From Cyanophora paradoxa CCMP329 (lineage: Eukaryota; Plantae; Glaucophyta), in NCBI GenBank assembly GCA_004431415.1, contig QPMI01000549.1:133762-197761 (forward strand): a stretch of 64,000 nucleotides of DNA. The letters are read 5' to 3'. Below the pieces are notes generated by a model. It was not told the DNA's origin. It searched no databases and saw nothing but the letters and a program-made list of their open reading frames with translations. The position numbers and the translations under genes were made by a program. Shown here one piece after another: positions 12,359 to 24,239 of the stretch. Each line of letters opens with the position of its first letter. The stretch's first letter is position 1.

Positions 12359-15300
12359 ATGGACGATATGGGAGCAAGACTGCGGTTCTCGGTGATCAAG
12401 CCGAAGTCGGATGGACTTGGATTCGTTGACGAAAATGAAGAAATCATCAAGCACTGGGGATCGTCTCCAGCCGGGGTCGGTTCTTCAACGCAAGGTAAAC
12501 GTTATTGCCTGCGCTGCCAATTCTGATTACCCAAATTGATATACAGCTGTAGCTGCAGTTAATCAAGCACAGAGTCCTTCAAATCTCGCAGGTCCGGTGT
12601 TTTTGCACATCTCGATTATTTCTTTTTGTCGTTTTTAATTGACGTTGAAAACATTACGCCGACATTCGTGCTCGTAATCGCTTTTTTGACGCCGTAATCA
12701 ACAGCATCGCATTTGAACACGGAAATTCAAAACGCTCGATTGTACGAACTTCAAAACCACGAGGTCAATCGTTAGTTTTCCTGCTGTTGGTTTCTGAACT
12801 CCAGAGTTTCAGGAGCTCGCGCTCGAGGAGCGAATGGTCGTCTTTCTCTTACAAACGAGCGCGGACCCACGGCTGTTCCTCATCCTTGGCTATGGCTACC
12901 TGGCTTCGCCGGACGAGCTCAGAAGCTTGGAGAGGGAGCTGAAAAAACGCGTGCGTATTGTCATCTTTTGCATCGAATTTCGCTCAGTCGATATAGTTGC
13001 GATCAATATTTGCGTAGTGGAATCTTGAGAGGAACCTCGAGCCTGTACGCCAGCACGAATTTTTGCCAGTGAAACTTTTCGAAAGGACCCCGCCGGTGCG
13101 TTTCTGTAGCCGCGTCCGTTCTTTTAGTTTTGGAGCTGACATTTACACGGCTTCAGCACTTGAAAAGGGAGAGCAAATTTAGATCTCACGTGAGGCTTCC
13201 AGCAATTTTCATACCGGAAATCAAATCGAAATCGAAATCATCCTATCGCAATGAAGACGTTATGGAGGTCTGCTTCTATGTCGCGAAATATATAGACATT
13301 CGCGGTTTAATCTATAATTCGCAGTTCTACGACATCCTAGAAGGCCTTTCTGATCCCATCGCCGACGGAGACGCCAAGCCCAAGCCAGGGTTCCGCATTG
13401 CGTACCTCCCTCGGGCGATGCTGCGGGCGGTTGACTTCAACCCGAAACAAAAGGCTGAATTTGAGAACGCATTGAAGGTTTGTTTACGTGGATTTTCAAC
13501 TGCACGGAAAACGCGCATAATGCTTTATGCGCAGATTTCGACGGCCAAGGGTATGGAGTTTTCCGTCTCCGCGCAGATCCTTCCATCTTTCTGCATGGAG
13601 GAGAACTGCTGCGTTGAAGAACTTGTGATTGCTAGCGCTGCAGCCAGCGCGCCAGAACGACCGAAGCAACATCGCCCTGCATCCCGCCTGTCAATGTCAA
13701 GCGTGCCGTGCACATTACGAATGGTCAGCTCTGAATGCCGTGCTAAATTGCCATGCATATGCTGAACTCATCTGTCACCGATATTCACTAGAAATCTCAC
13801 TTCACAAAGTTATTCAAGATCCAGGTGACTCCCTTCCATGTTCGCTTTCCTTACTGCTCTCTGTATTTAGCTCTTTTTCAGTATCCCACAAAATCTTGAA
13901 GACCGAATTTGTGGGTTCCACTCCATTCAATGCTACAGACGTCGACTGCAAGCCTTCCATCCACAGCAGCTTAGTCGAAGTCAAGCAGCATGCGAGCTCC
14001 ACACTGACACTGAAGCCTCTCGCTACTTTCGTGCAGCTTGGAGGCGTCTACGTCGCGATCGCAGGCACAGACTCTGCTGGCAACGGCGGTCCGGATGTAC
14101 TGGCACAATGTGATGGCGATGCCGCTAAACTCCTCGACACCTCAGGCCACCAAATGGACATCCTGGCTAAAAGCCTCTTCAAGAGCGAGTCTCTAAAGAG
14201 CAATGCAGGCGCTGGCGTCATATTGCCTGTCCCAGATGTTGTTATCGTGGAAGTGCTCCCTGGTGCCTTGATCATGATCGCCTTTCTATCTCAATCTGCA
14301 ATGTAGTTCATATTTATATTGATCAGTTTTCCTCAGGTTTCAAGATTAATATCAAGCGATCGAAAGTGAAACTCCCAGAATACTGCTTGCCGTTGTCGAA
14401 TGCCGTGTCGGACAATAACAAGCAGTTCGTCATGTACATCGCTCTGCAAGTCTACGAAACCAAGTCAGAGGAGAAGATTGTCAAGGAAAAGCGTGCCGTT
14501 CTCGTCGCATACGATTCCCATAACGGTGCCACGGCGATTTTTCGCTTTTTCTTAAGTAACCTGTAAACCTCGAATACACGCAGACGTCGTTCGGACTGAG
14601 CCTCTCCCCTGTGGTGGAAATTCGGATTGCAATTTCGTCCCTGCCTGGGGATGCGCTCTTTTTGCAGAAGAGCAGTCCGCGGCTCAGAGCAACAAAGTAC
14701 GACTCATCGTCGTTGGAGGGCGCCTTTTTGATAAAACGGTATTTCCAACATGGCAAAATCGCAGACAGGTGTACGCCATCGATGTCTGTACGTTGCTGCT
14801 GCGCTTTGTATTCTTGCGCTTTACGTGCTATTTTTGCTTGACACTTTTGAACAATACAGATCTCAAAGATTTTGCTGTGGAATGTTTCGGGGAAAAGTCA
14901 CCGTCCTCCCTCCCACAACTTGGATTCTGTCGGGCCTTCGGGACTATACAGTTGCAGACGGCTGCAGGAATGAGGCCCAAGCCGGTCGTCTGCGCTAGCG
15001 TCCCCGGTGCAGGAACAAAGCCCACGCAAAAGTTGATCCCGATTGCATGCGGTTCGACTTTTGAGTCGCATGCCGTTCGAATTCGCATCTTTAATTTGTT
15101 TCTTTTTCCGTGTGCAGAATTCGACGAAGGTGAGGGTGCGCTTGCAGGTCCCTCTGCATGCGCAGAGGCCCCACCCGCCTCCTCAAGCGTTAATGACAAG
15201 CCCACACCGGCGGAGAACGACGACGACAACGATGAGCCCGCACAGGCGGAGAACGACGACGATGGCGACGAGGCGCCGGCACCTGCTTCGCCCGTCTTTG

Positions 15301-17343
15301 ACGACGCTGGCGATGCAGCGAGCAGCGCAGCGGTCGCTTCGGATCACGTTTCGCCGGCAGCAGCTCCGAATCCGGATGTCAACGATGTCAACAGGTCGCC
15401 CCGAGCTCCCCGATCTGATGCAGGCGTCGATTCCCCGATCGATGACGATTCTTCCGATCGCGAGGACGACGATGACAGGAGAGATGGGGGGCGGATTCAT
15501 GTGCCCAAGCAGAGCGGCGAGGCCTCAGGGTGCGGCATTTCACTCTGCATACGATGGGCTGCGCAGCCTGATGCAGCCCGCAGCTGCGCCTCGCCACCCA
15601 CACAGGCTCTGGCCCTGCACCTCGACGTTCACGGAGAGCAGTTCGGTGGCGATGCCGGCCTTGAACCGAGCAACACAGATGGACCATCTCAAAACTTCGT
15701 TCCTTCGCCTTTTGGTTCGAGACTGAATCCCTGTCTACAGCGTCATCACAAATCGCTGACAACTGCAGCCACAGACGGGCCGCCCGACACGCCAGTCGCA
15801 ATCGCCGTCGCTGTACCGGGTGGCGATGCGCTCGAGATGCCCCGGGCTGGACCCTCGTCTTCGTCTTCGCGAAAGCGGAGGTGCGATGTCAACAGTTCGC
15901 TGAAAATGACATATCTTCACGGAATTCGCAATGCGCAGGCGATCGGTCGCGGACGCTGCAACGCAGGCAGACCTCGACCCCCCAGGGCCATCCCCCCAGG
16001 CTCTTTTCGCAGCGTTTCTCGCCGCAGTCACGATTGCGGGGCTGCCCGTACCGGCTCCGGCATCGCCTGTCTTGCCGGCCGCAGCACCATTCGCTATGGA
16101 GGCACCAGCCGCGGCTGCCGTGGCACAGCTCCCCGCGGAGCAGCATGCCTGGGCACCGCCCGTCGCGGAGCCGCTCGCCGCAGCACCTCCCGCTGCCGCG
16201 ACGCTCCCCGCTGCAGTGCTCCCTGCGGCACTGCCCGCTGCAGTGCCACTCCTTATGGCGCCGCCTGCTGCGGCGCCACCGGCCGCGGTGCCGCTCCCCA
16301 TGGTGCCGCCCGTCAGTGCACTGCCCCCTGCCGCACCGCCCGTAGCGGTGCCGTCCGCTTTCGCCGCGCCCGGCTCGCGCTCCGCGGCCCAGGCCGGTCG
16401 TGGCACCTCATCCGCGTCCAGGCGTCCCCGCGGCGGCCGCGGCGCCTCGTCCGCGTCACGCCGGCCGCCGCCTGAGGCGGAGCCCCGCGCCCGACGACAG
16501 AGCGAACGAAAACGATATCCGCCGCTCAAGTTCTGGGAACTCGAGCAGATCAAACGGGATGGCTCTGGCTGCATTCTTAAGCCCCATGAAGACAACGTCG
16601 ATCCTGACCCGCGGCGACGCAAGCCGCGAGGAAAGGTCTGCGCGCCTCGTTGGGAGGTCCGCTTCCCTCTGCTTCGCTCAGCTTGCCGCAGAAGAGCCAT
16701 GAGCCCGGCCCCCTCGCAATCGAAGATGAGGAAAACTCTTCTGTTGTGTCGGACGAGGATGTAGAGGGCCCTGCCCGCGGGTCTCGGAAGCGGAAGACGC
16801 CTCCGGGGCAGGCGCCGGAGCCGCAGCCAAAGCGGCAGAAGCGGAAGATGGTCGATCTCGACGAGTGGGACGACGACGAGGACCAGGCCGCGAGGGAGCC
16901 GGCCCCGCCGGCGGTCGGGGCCTCCTCCTGGCCGCCGCCCTCCTCGTCCTCGGAGAGGCCCGCGGCCCTCGTCCCGGGCGGCGCGCTCGGGCAGCAGCAG
17001 CAGCAGCCGCGGCCGTCCCAGTGGGCCTCGAGCTCGAGCTCGTCGAGCTCCGCCCCGGGCCAGGGCTCCGCTCAGGGCGCCTCAAGCTCCGCTCCCCCGC
17101 GCCCCCGCAACCCTTCCGTGGCTCAGGTATTCTTCGAATCAGTTTTCCTGCTTTCAAATCCTGACGCAGAGCTTGCAGCAGGCGGCGGGGGAGGAGCCTG
17201 GGGCCTCGAGCTCCCCCTCGAATGCGGGTGACGCCGGCGTGGACGCGGACTCGGACGACGAAAAGGCGCCTGCAGCCCTCTCTTCCCGCTGCGCCTCCCC
17301 CGTCTTGGCTCTAACCGCGGCTGCGCAGGAGGACGGGCTCTGA
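12359..17343 (+). CDS. Uncharacterised multi-exon gene (or genes) with low-complexity C-terminal half and a CENP-C-like motif
   Basis: Chain of plus-strand exon-like ORFs (12359, 13240-13730, 13960-14280, 14340-14540, 15120-17343) with acidic, Pro/Ala-rich and basic tracts; RRQSERKRYPPLKFWELEQI at 16492-16551. Gene model uncertain. Confidence 0.45.
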
Positions 17344-17537
17344 CGCCCTCCAATACCAATACTCATGTACCCCAAAAATCATGTACTGAACTCCAATACC
17401 AATCAAATTTCATTTTGCCGAGATTCGCACACGGCACATTCCGCGCTGCCCGCCCCTCCCCCCCCCCCCCCCCCCCCCCCACTTCCCCCCTTCTCCCCCA
17501 CCCCCCGCCCCCTCTTCTCCCCTTCGCTTTCTTTTCC

Positions 17538-19620
17538 GCCGCATCGCGCGGGTCGTCACGCGGACGGCGCGCATAGATGAAGGACGCGTACTCCCAGCGC
17601 GCCGCCGAGGTGCCCCCGCACCCACACCCCTCGTACCCCCCTCCCGGCCGGCGGCGCCCTCTGATCCCCCGCGGGGGTGCGCAGTGGGCGGCGTGGGCGC
17701 GGGAGAAGCAGGCGGGCTTCGAGCGGCGGGACTTCGAGGACCTCAACCGCGCCGCCCGCGAGCTCGCCGCCTTCAAGAAGATCGAGAAGCCCGCCAAGAT
17801 CCAGGAGAAGCGCGCCCGTACCCCCCGCCGCCTCCCCCGCGCCCCGGGCGCCCCTCACCGGCGCCCGCCAGGCTGGAGCTCGCCCAGGTCTTCACCAGCA
17901 TCCTGGCCAAGGTTCGCGTACCCCCGCAGCTCCCGTGCCGTACCCCCCTGACTCCTTCCCCCCAGAGCCGCGGGGCGTGGCAGCCGCCAGAGGCGATCTC
18001 GCCCCAGGCCATCGACGGGCTCTACGTCGGCCTGTCAAAAGGTCCGCCGGGGTACGCCGTTGCGGCCCCGCGCCCTCCGAGCCGCCCCCGGGGCGCAGGC
18101 GGAGCACGAGTACGAGCTCGCCCTGCGCGCGGCGCTCTCCCGCCGCCGCCGCCTCGACGCCCTCCTCAAGCTCTGGCGTGTCAAGTGCAAGGCGCGCATG
18201 CGATCCCGTACCCCCTCTCCACCACCGGCCCCCCAACGAACCCGTACCCCCGCAGGGCATGGAGCAGTTCGTGTTGGAGCACGCGGCGATGCTCGCGATC
18301 GAGCAGGTCCCCCGCTCCTCCCTCTACGCCGTCCAGGCGCGTCGCGCACCCCTCCCCCGCCCCCGCCGAGTCCGACGGCGTACCCCCCGCAGACGAAGAT
18401 CAAGATGCAGGACGCGTTTGCTGACGAGCTCGCCGCCAACGCCGACCGCCTCGCGAAGGCCCGTGCCGGCGTACCCCCCTCCCGCTCGCTCCCCCGACCC
18501 TCTGCGGATGCGCAGGTCGGGGAGCTGAGGGAGCAGGTGGTCGCCGCCGCGCCGCTCGCCTCCCACCACCCCGAGGTCAACCGCCGCACCGACGTGCGTA
18601 GCCCCCTTCTTCCCCCCCCTCCCCCCTCCCACCTCTCCAGACCCTCACCCGTACCCCCTTCAGGCCGTGATGGAGGCCTGGGAGACGCTCAAGATCCAGT
18701 CCGCCAAGCTGAAGGGCGCGCGCGGCCGTACCCCCCTTCCCGTCCCCCCCGCGCTCACGCCCCCCCAGAGGCCCTCGCGAAGGAGCTGGCCGTCCAGCAG
18801 CGGCTCGAGGAGACGCGCCTCGCGTACGCCTCCAAGGCCGAGGCCCGTACCCCTCCCCGGCCCCCGGCTCCCAGGAGCCTGAGGGGGGTACGGCAGGCGG
18901 TGCACGGGGCTCTGGAGGACCTCATCGACACGGCGCAGGAGCCCGTGGACGCGTACTCCTCCGAGGAGGCCCAGGCCCGTACCCCCCGTACCCCTCCCCG
19001 CCCTCCGTGCCCCCTGAACGGGTCCCCCGCAGGCCATGGCCGCGGCTCTGGAGCCCCTCCGGAGTACCCTCCAGGCAAAGGCCGCCGACGTCCGTACCCC
19101 GTCCCCGCTCCGCCCGGCTCCCCGCTGCCGCCCGACTGCGCTCCCACTCAGGTGGAGGCGCTGCGGACGCTGGGGGCGAGCCTGCCGGACAACCCCTACT
19201 CGCGCCGCTTCCCCGCCGACAAGCTGCAGGCCGAGCTCGCCGAGGCCCAGGCGCGCCCGTACCCCCTCAGCTCTCTCCCCGCGCCCCCCGCGAGCGCGTG
19301 CGCAGCGGCTGCTGGACCAGCGGGCGAAGGCGGTGGAGCTCGAGATCGTGCGGCAGGCCGAGAACGAGCGCCTGGTCCGCGGCGTACCCCCCGGACAGCG
19401 CCACATCTCCCTGACCCGCCGGCCGGGGGCGGCGCAGTGCCGCTCGTTCGCGGACGACTCGGCGCGGCTGCTGGCGGCCTGCAAGGAGGCCCCCCAGGAC
19501 GCCGTCAAGGTGCCCCGCACCCCGCCCGGCCCCGCCCCCCGGCGCCGACCCGCCGGCGCCAGATCATCGCCGCCGGCGCGTCGCCCGAGGAGAGCGCCCG
19601 CCACCTCGAGAGTCCGCGAC
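17538..19620 (+). pseudogene. Inverted partial duplicate of the alpha-actinin-like gene (rod region only)
   Basis: Near-identical reverse complement of ~7490-9563, introns included. Lacks CH and EF regions and has a small deletion at its start (GCGCATAGATGAAG vs GCGCATGGAGGAGATGAAG). Confidence 0.85.
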
Positions 19621-19669
19621 GCGCGAGCCGCCCGCCCTTCCCCGCTACAGCTGGGCATCCTCGCCCCGA

Positions 19670-22006
19670 CACAGCTCGCGAAAAAAAGTCGGTCCCCGCA
19701 ATTCGACTTGGCTGGGACTCGACTTGGGACTCGAATAATTCTCCCCTACCAAAAGTTAAAACACCGGGGGTAGGCACACGCGACTCGGCGAAGCGCGGCG
19801 ACCAGCACGCGCGGCAGCTCCCGCGCGCAGCAGAGAGCGCTGCTGCTAGCTCTCAGTCACCATGGAGCCTCAGCAGAAGCTCGTCGGCACCGCCGCGTCC
19901 AAAGCCAAGAGGCTGGCCAAACTCGATCGCCTTCAAGGAAAGCGTGCGCGAAAGCTAGCCCTACGATTCTCAAAGCGCTCCCTATGAAGTCTCGGCAATC
20001 AAGTGAGGTATCTCTAGACGCGCTGGGAGCCCGCGAACTAATCGCTGCGCCGAGATTCTAAGCAAAACGCGCAGGGCCCCCCAGCGGAGAGGCGACGAAC
20101 GCGAGTGCGCAGGGCCCGGGCGCGAGGCCCAAGCGCCCCGCGGAGCGTCCAGAAGGTACGGGGAGTCGCGTACGCGCAGCTAGCTCGCCCCCCGCCGCGT
20201 CTCCAGCGCTCGAGCTCCCGCGCGCCGCGACGACGTCGACGTCGACCCGCGCGCAGTCGCAGCCTCGACTTCTCCGAGGAACAAAGAGAACTGCAATCGC
20301 ATCGAGAACACCGCCGGTGCGTTCGTTCCGCGGCCCCGCGCAGCCCCGCGCCGCGCGCACCGAAGTGCGGGTGCAGGTCCGGCGGCGACACCGCCCCGGT
20401 CTGCCGGGACCCCCAAGGCGAGCCCGCGAGCTCCTCTGAGTACGTCCTTTCGGTTTCTGCAGTCCCGAGTCCGCGAGCGCTAGCCGAAGCCACGCGCGCC
20501 CGCCGCAGGGACACTTCAGGAGTTGAGTACCGCGGCCGCGAACAAGAGCGAGACCACGTCTGCGGGCGCCAGGCGCGATTCTGCGGGCGATAGCACACCT
20601 CCGCAGGGCTCGGCTTCGTCCCCGGTCCTTCTGCGGACGGGCCAGCGCTCGCGTACCAATACCCCTACGTACTTCTATTCCCAGCCCAGCCAGCGTGCTC
20701 GCCGCGTGGCTAGCGCTTAGCTATCGCCTCATCGCAGCCGTTCCTCCGCGGCGCCAGTACAGCAGCACAGCAGTCCTGGCACCGGAGAGCCGCCGGCGCA
20801 GAGGCGCAAACTCGGCGACCAGATCCTGCGCGATGTCGAAAAGTACGAACTGTGGAACGCGTTTCATAACTACAACGTTCTTCGTGCGTGTCTCTGCCTC
20901 TGCTTGCGCCACGGATGCCGGCACTGACGGTCGGACCAGCCCTGGTGCAAGAGTGCAACCGGCTGCGGCAAGGTGCGCCCTCGGCCGCGTTGCGTTCTTC
21001 CTGCTGTGCTTCCCCTGAACTGGCGTTCAGAGTGCCAAGAGAAAGACAGGGCTATCGCGGAGCAACAGCTCGAGCTGGAGAGCGTGCGTGGCCGCGCCTT
21101 CCAGTACAAGCACCTGTACGAGCGGGAGAAGGATAAGCGCACGGAAGAGCTTCCCAGCAGCGACCAGCAGCAGCTACATCAGCTACAGGCGGAAGACGCC
21201 CGCGCTGTTCGGTTTTGGCTCAGCTTGCCTGAGGACGTGCGCGGCCTACACGTGCCGCGCAAGGAGCTGCTGGAGGCCGCGGCGTCAACGACCAGGCACC
21301 GGGTCGGCGTGCTGTACTCGCTCATCCTGTACCTCTCCGGCGAGCAAGGAACCGACGAGGGCGGGCGATGGGGCGAGAACGCGTACCGTGCGCTTCACGT
21401 GCGCTTTCTTTCACTTGTTTATGGGGATAAAAATGCCCTTCTGCGCGTCCGAAATGTGAGGAAGTGGCGAGAAGTGAAGGCAGAGGGCGGCGAGAGCGCA
21501 GCCACGTCGCGAACCTGCAAGGCGCGGGTCTGGATTCTGCAGGCTGCGCAGGGCGCCTCGACTGAGGCGCATACTCCGCGGCGGCGTGTAGTAAGGCGAC
21601 TGCTGCACGGCGTTGGCTGCATTCTGCGCTGCGCCTGCCGCCAGCGCCGCGAAAACGGGATGCAGAGGCGGGACGTAGTCCGAGAGGAACGCCGCTGGAA
21701 AGCTCGTGCGCACGTCGTCGAGGGCCATTGCGAGCGACGCTGAGCGTTGGGTCGCTGATCTGGGTCGCTGATAGCGCTGTGCAGGAGGCGCGCTGTGTGC
21801 TGACGTCTATACCCGGCGACCGAAATTCTCCCTTCCGCCGGCGTTAAAACCATATATGCATGCACTGATAGAAAGAAATAAGCTCTATGAGAATGTTTAT
21901 TAAAAAAGGTCTAATTGACTGGCGTAGGGATTTTCCAAGTCGACTTGCCCCCCCCCCCTGTCATACAAACCGAGTTGTGGGGACCGACTTTTTTTCGCGA
22001 GCTGTG
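19670..22006. mobile_element. CACTA/EnSpm (CMC)-like TIR element, probably non-autonomous
   Basis: 36-bp TIRs: CACAGCTCGCGAAAAAAAGTCGGTCCCCGCAATTCG (19670-19705) and the reverse complement at 21971-22006 (2 mismatches). 3-bp TSD CGA (19667-19669, 22007-22009). Subterminal TCGACTTG repeats. Confidence 0.8.
19862..21743 (+). CDS. Uncharacterised multi-exon gene inside the TIR element (coiled-coil plus helical domain)
   Basis: ATG 19862 (MEPQQKLVGTAASKAKRL...) and exon ECQEKDRAIAEQQLELESVRGRAFQYKHLYEREK...RFWLSLPEDVRG...LYSLILYL. No DDE motif recognised; 3' end approximate. Confidence 0.4.
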
Positions 22007-22632
22007 CGAGGGCCAGCGCGAGGCTAGCTATGGCGCCTGGCGAGGGCCACGGCCCGGCGGCGATCGCGAGGCCTCGGGCAGGGCCGCAGGCCCAGATCTA
22101 GAGCGCCTGTCTAGGCCCGCGAGGTCCACGAGGCCCCTCCCGGCCCCCAGGCCGCCCCCTCCACGAGGATATCGACCGTGGCCGTAGATCGAATCGATCG
22201 CGAAGAGGGGGACTCCCGGCCGCGGGGGCTCTGAGGCTCCGAGGCTCCGACTCGGAGGAGGCTCTACGGTGAGCCTCTAGTACCCTCTACCGTCCGGTCC
22301 GGTCCGGATCCTCTACGCTTGACCTACTTGCGATCGCGATCTCTAGAGTTTATACTCGCGATCGTGAGTCTATACTGAGTCTATAGACATGGCCGCCGGT
22401 TGACGTTACCAACCGTCGGGCCGGCGTCGGCCCCGCGGATTCCGGAGCCGCTGAGCTCGCGCGCGGCGGACTGCCGGGCGGCGGGCGCCGGCGGTTGTGC
22501 CGCCGCTTGTGCGGCGATCATCGGATGTGCGGCGTTGTGCGCAGGCCCGCCGCAGGGCCCCGCGGGCCGGCGCCGGCGGCGGCCCGCCCACCGGGCCACC
22601 GGCGCGGCGGCGGCGCGGCGCGGCGCGCCCCC

Positions 22633-23619
22633 GGCCGGCGCCGGGCCGGCGGGGGCCGCGGGCCCGCGGCGGCGGGGCCCCGCCGGCCCCCCGGCCGCGG
22701 CGCCCCCGCGGGCCGCGGCCCGCGGGCCCCGCGGCCCCCGCCGCAGGCGGCCGCGGGCGCCGCGGCGGGCCCCGCGCGCTTGAAGCCCTTGAGCATGAAC
22801 CTTTGTTAATGCAAAAAAAAAGTGCTGTCCATGATTCCCCATGTGCGCATGGCCGGCGCAATGGGCGCATTGGCCGCATCGGCCCGCATGCGTGCGCATG
22901 CGGAGGTTCGCTTTTGAGTTCTCGTTCAGAGTCGTGTACCCCCTGCCGGAAGCAGTTGCTGCACGCGCGCCCGCGCATGCAGGCCGCATGCTTGCAGGCC
23001 CGCGCAACCTGCAAGTTAACGTTGATCATCGGTGACATCGGATCGATATCGCACGACGAGCGGTCCGGCGGATCATGATCAGCGCCGAAGCTCGGCGGGG
23101 CAATCGCAATTATATACGATTGCCCCGCCGATTGCCCCGAGTGGCCGGCGCCGGGCCGGCGGGGGCCGCGGGCCCGCGGCGGCGGGGCCCCGCCGGCCCC
23201 CCGGCCGCGGCGCCCCCGCGGGCCGCGGCCCGCGGGCCCCGCAGCCCCCGCCGCAGGCGGCCGCGGGCGCCGCGGCGGGCCCCGCGCGCTTGAAGCCCTT
23301 GAGCATGAACCTTTGTTAATGCAAAAAAAAAGTGCTGTCCATGATTCCCCATGTGCGCATGGCCGGCGCAATGGGCGCATTGGCCGCATCGGCCCGCATG
23401 CGTGCGCATGCGGAGGTTCGCTTTTGAGTTCTCGTTCAGAGTCGTGTACCCCCTGCCGGAAGCAGTTGCTGCACGCGCGCCCGCGCATGCAGGCCGCATG
23501 CTTGCAGGCCCGCGCAACCTGCAAGTTAACGTTGATCATCGGTGACATCGGATCGATATCGCACGACGAGCGGTCCGGCGGATCATGATCAGCGCCGAAG
23601 CTCGGCGGGGCAATCGCAA
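22633..23619. repeat. Two-copy tandem duplication, period 510 bp, palindrome-rich
   Basis: 22633-23109 recurs at 23143-23619 almost exactly; the 33-bp linker contains an inverted copy of the unit end. Confidence 0.9.
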
Positions 23620-24239
23620 CCTATAGCTAAAACGTAGGCTCTGCGGCCGATGTTATTCGCTGCGCGAGCTCCGAGGCTACGCAGCGCATGCGCGTGTACT
23701 ATTTTGTCGGTTAACGTTAGTGGCTTAAGCTTACGGGTGGCTTGTGGTTGTGCTTTCCCTGCATGCGCAGCTGGCTGAGCAGCGACATGGCCATGCCAGC
23801 TGCAGCCACGGTGGCTCGTTGCCTGTAGATAGCAGTACAGCTTTCAGAGCCCTAGGCCTCGGCCTCGGCCTAGGCCTGCAGCTAATTCCGTGCTTACATG
23901 TGCAACCTCGATGAGTCCATGACCAGCCTTGGCCTGCACGTGCTGGACGCGCCCGCGCTAATTATAAATCGCATGCGGGAAGACGATGATCAAGAGCGCG
24001 GAGAGCTGCCCGCCGCGGCCGGCGACGAATTCGAGAGCGGTGTCGACCTCCATGCATATGGCCAGCTCCCCAGCGGCAGCGCCAAGCAGTCCACCGCCTC
24101 GTCGATGATCGTGAGTTCGAGGCCGGAAGCGCCCGTGGCCACGCAGCTGCAGGCGCCGCGCGCTCGAGCTCTCAGCGCGCATCCCGAGGCCCTAGGCCTG
24201 GCGGAGCTCGAGGGCCGCCCCGGCGGCGGTGCTGGCGCC

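Noticed and set aside
19670-19705. Transib/RAG-type element (CACAG heptamer-like end plus A-tract)
   Set aside because: The TSD is 3 bp rather than 5 bp, spacing does not match RSS 12/23, and no RAG1-like ORF is seen.
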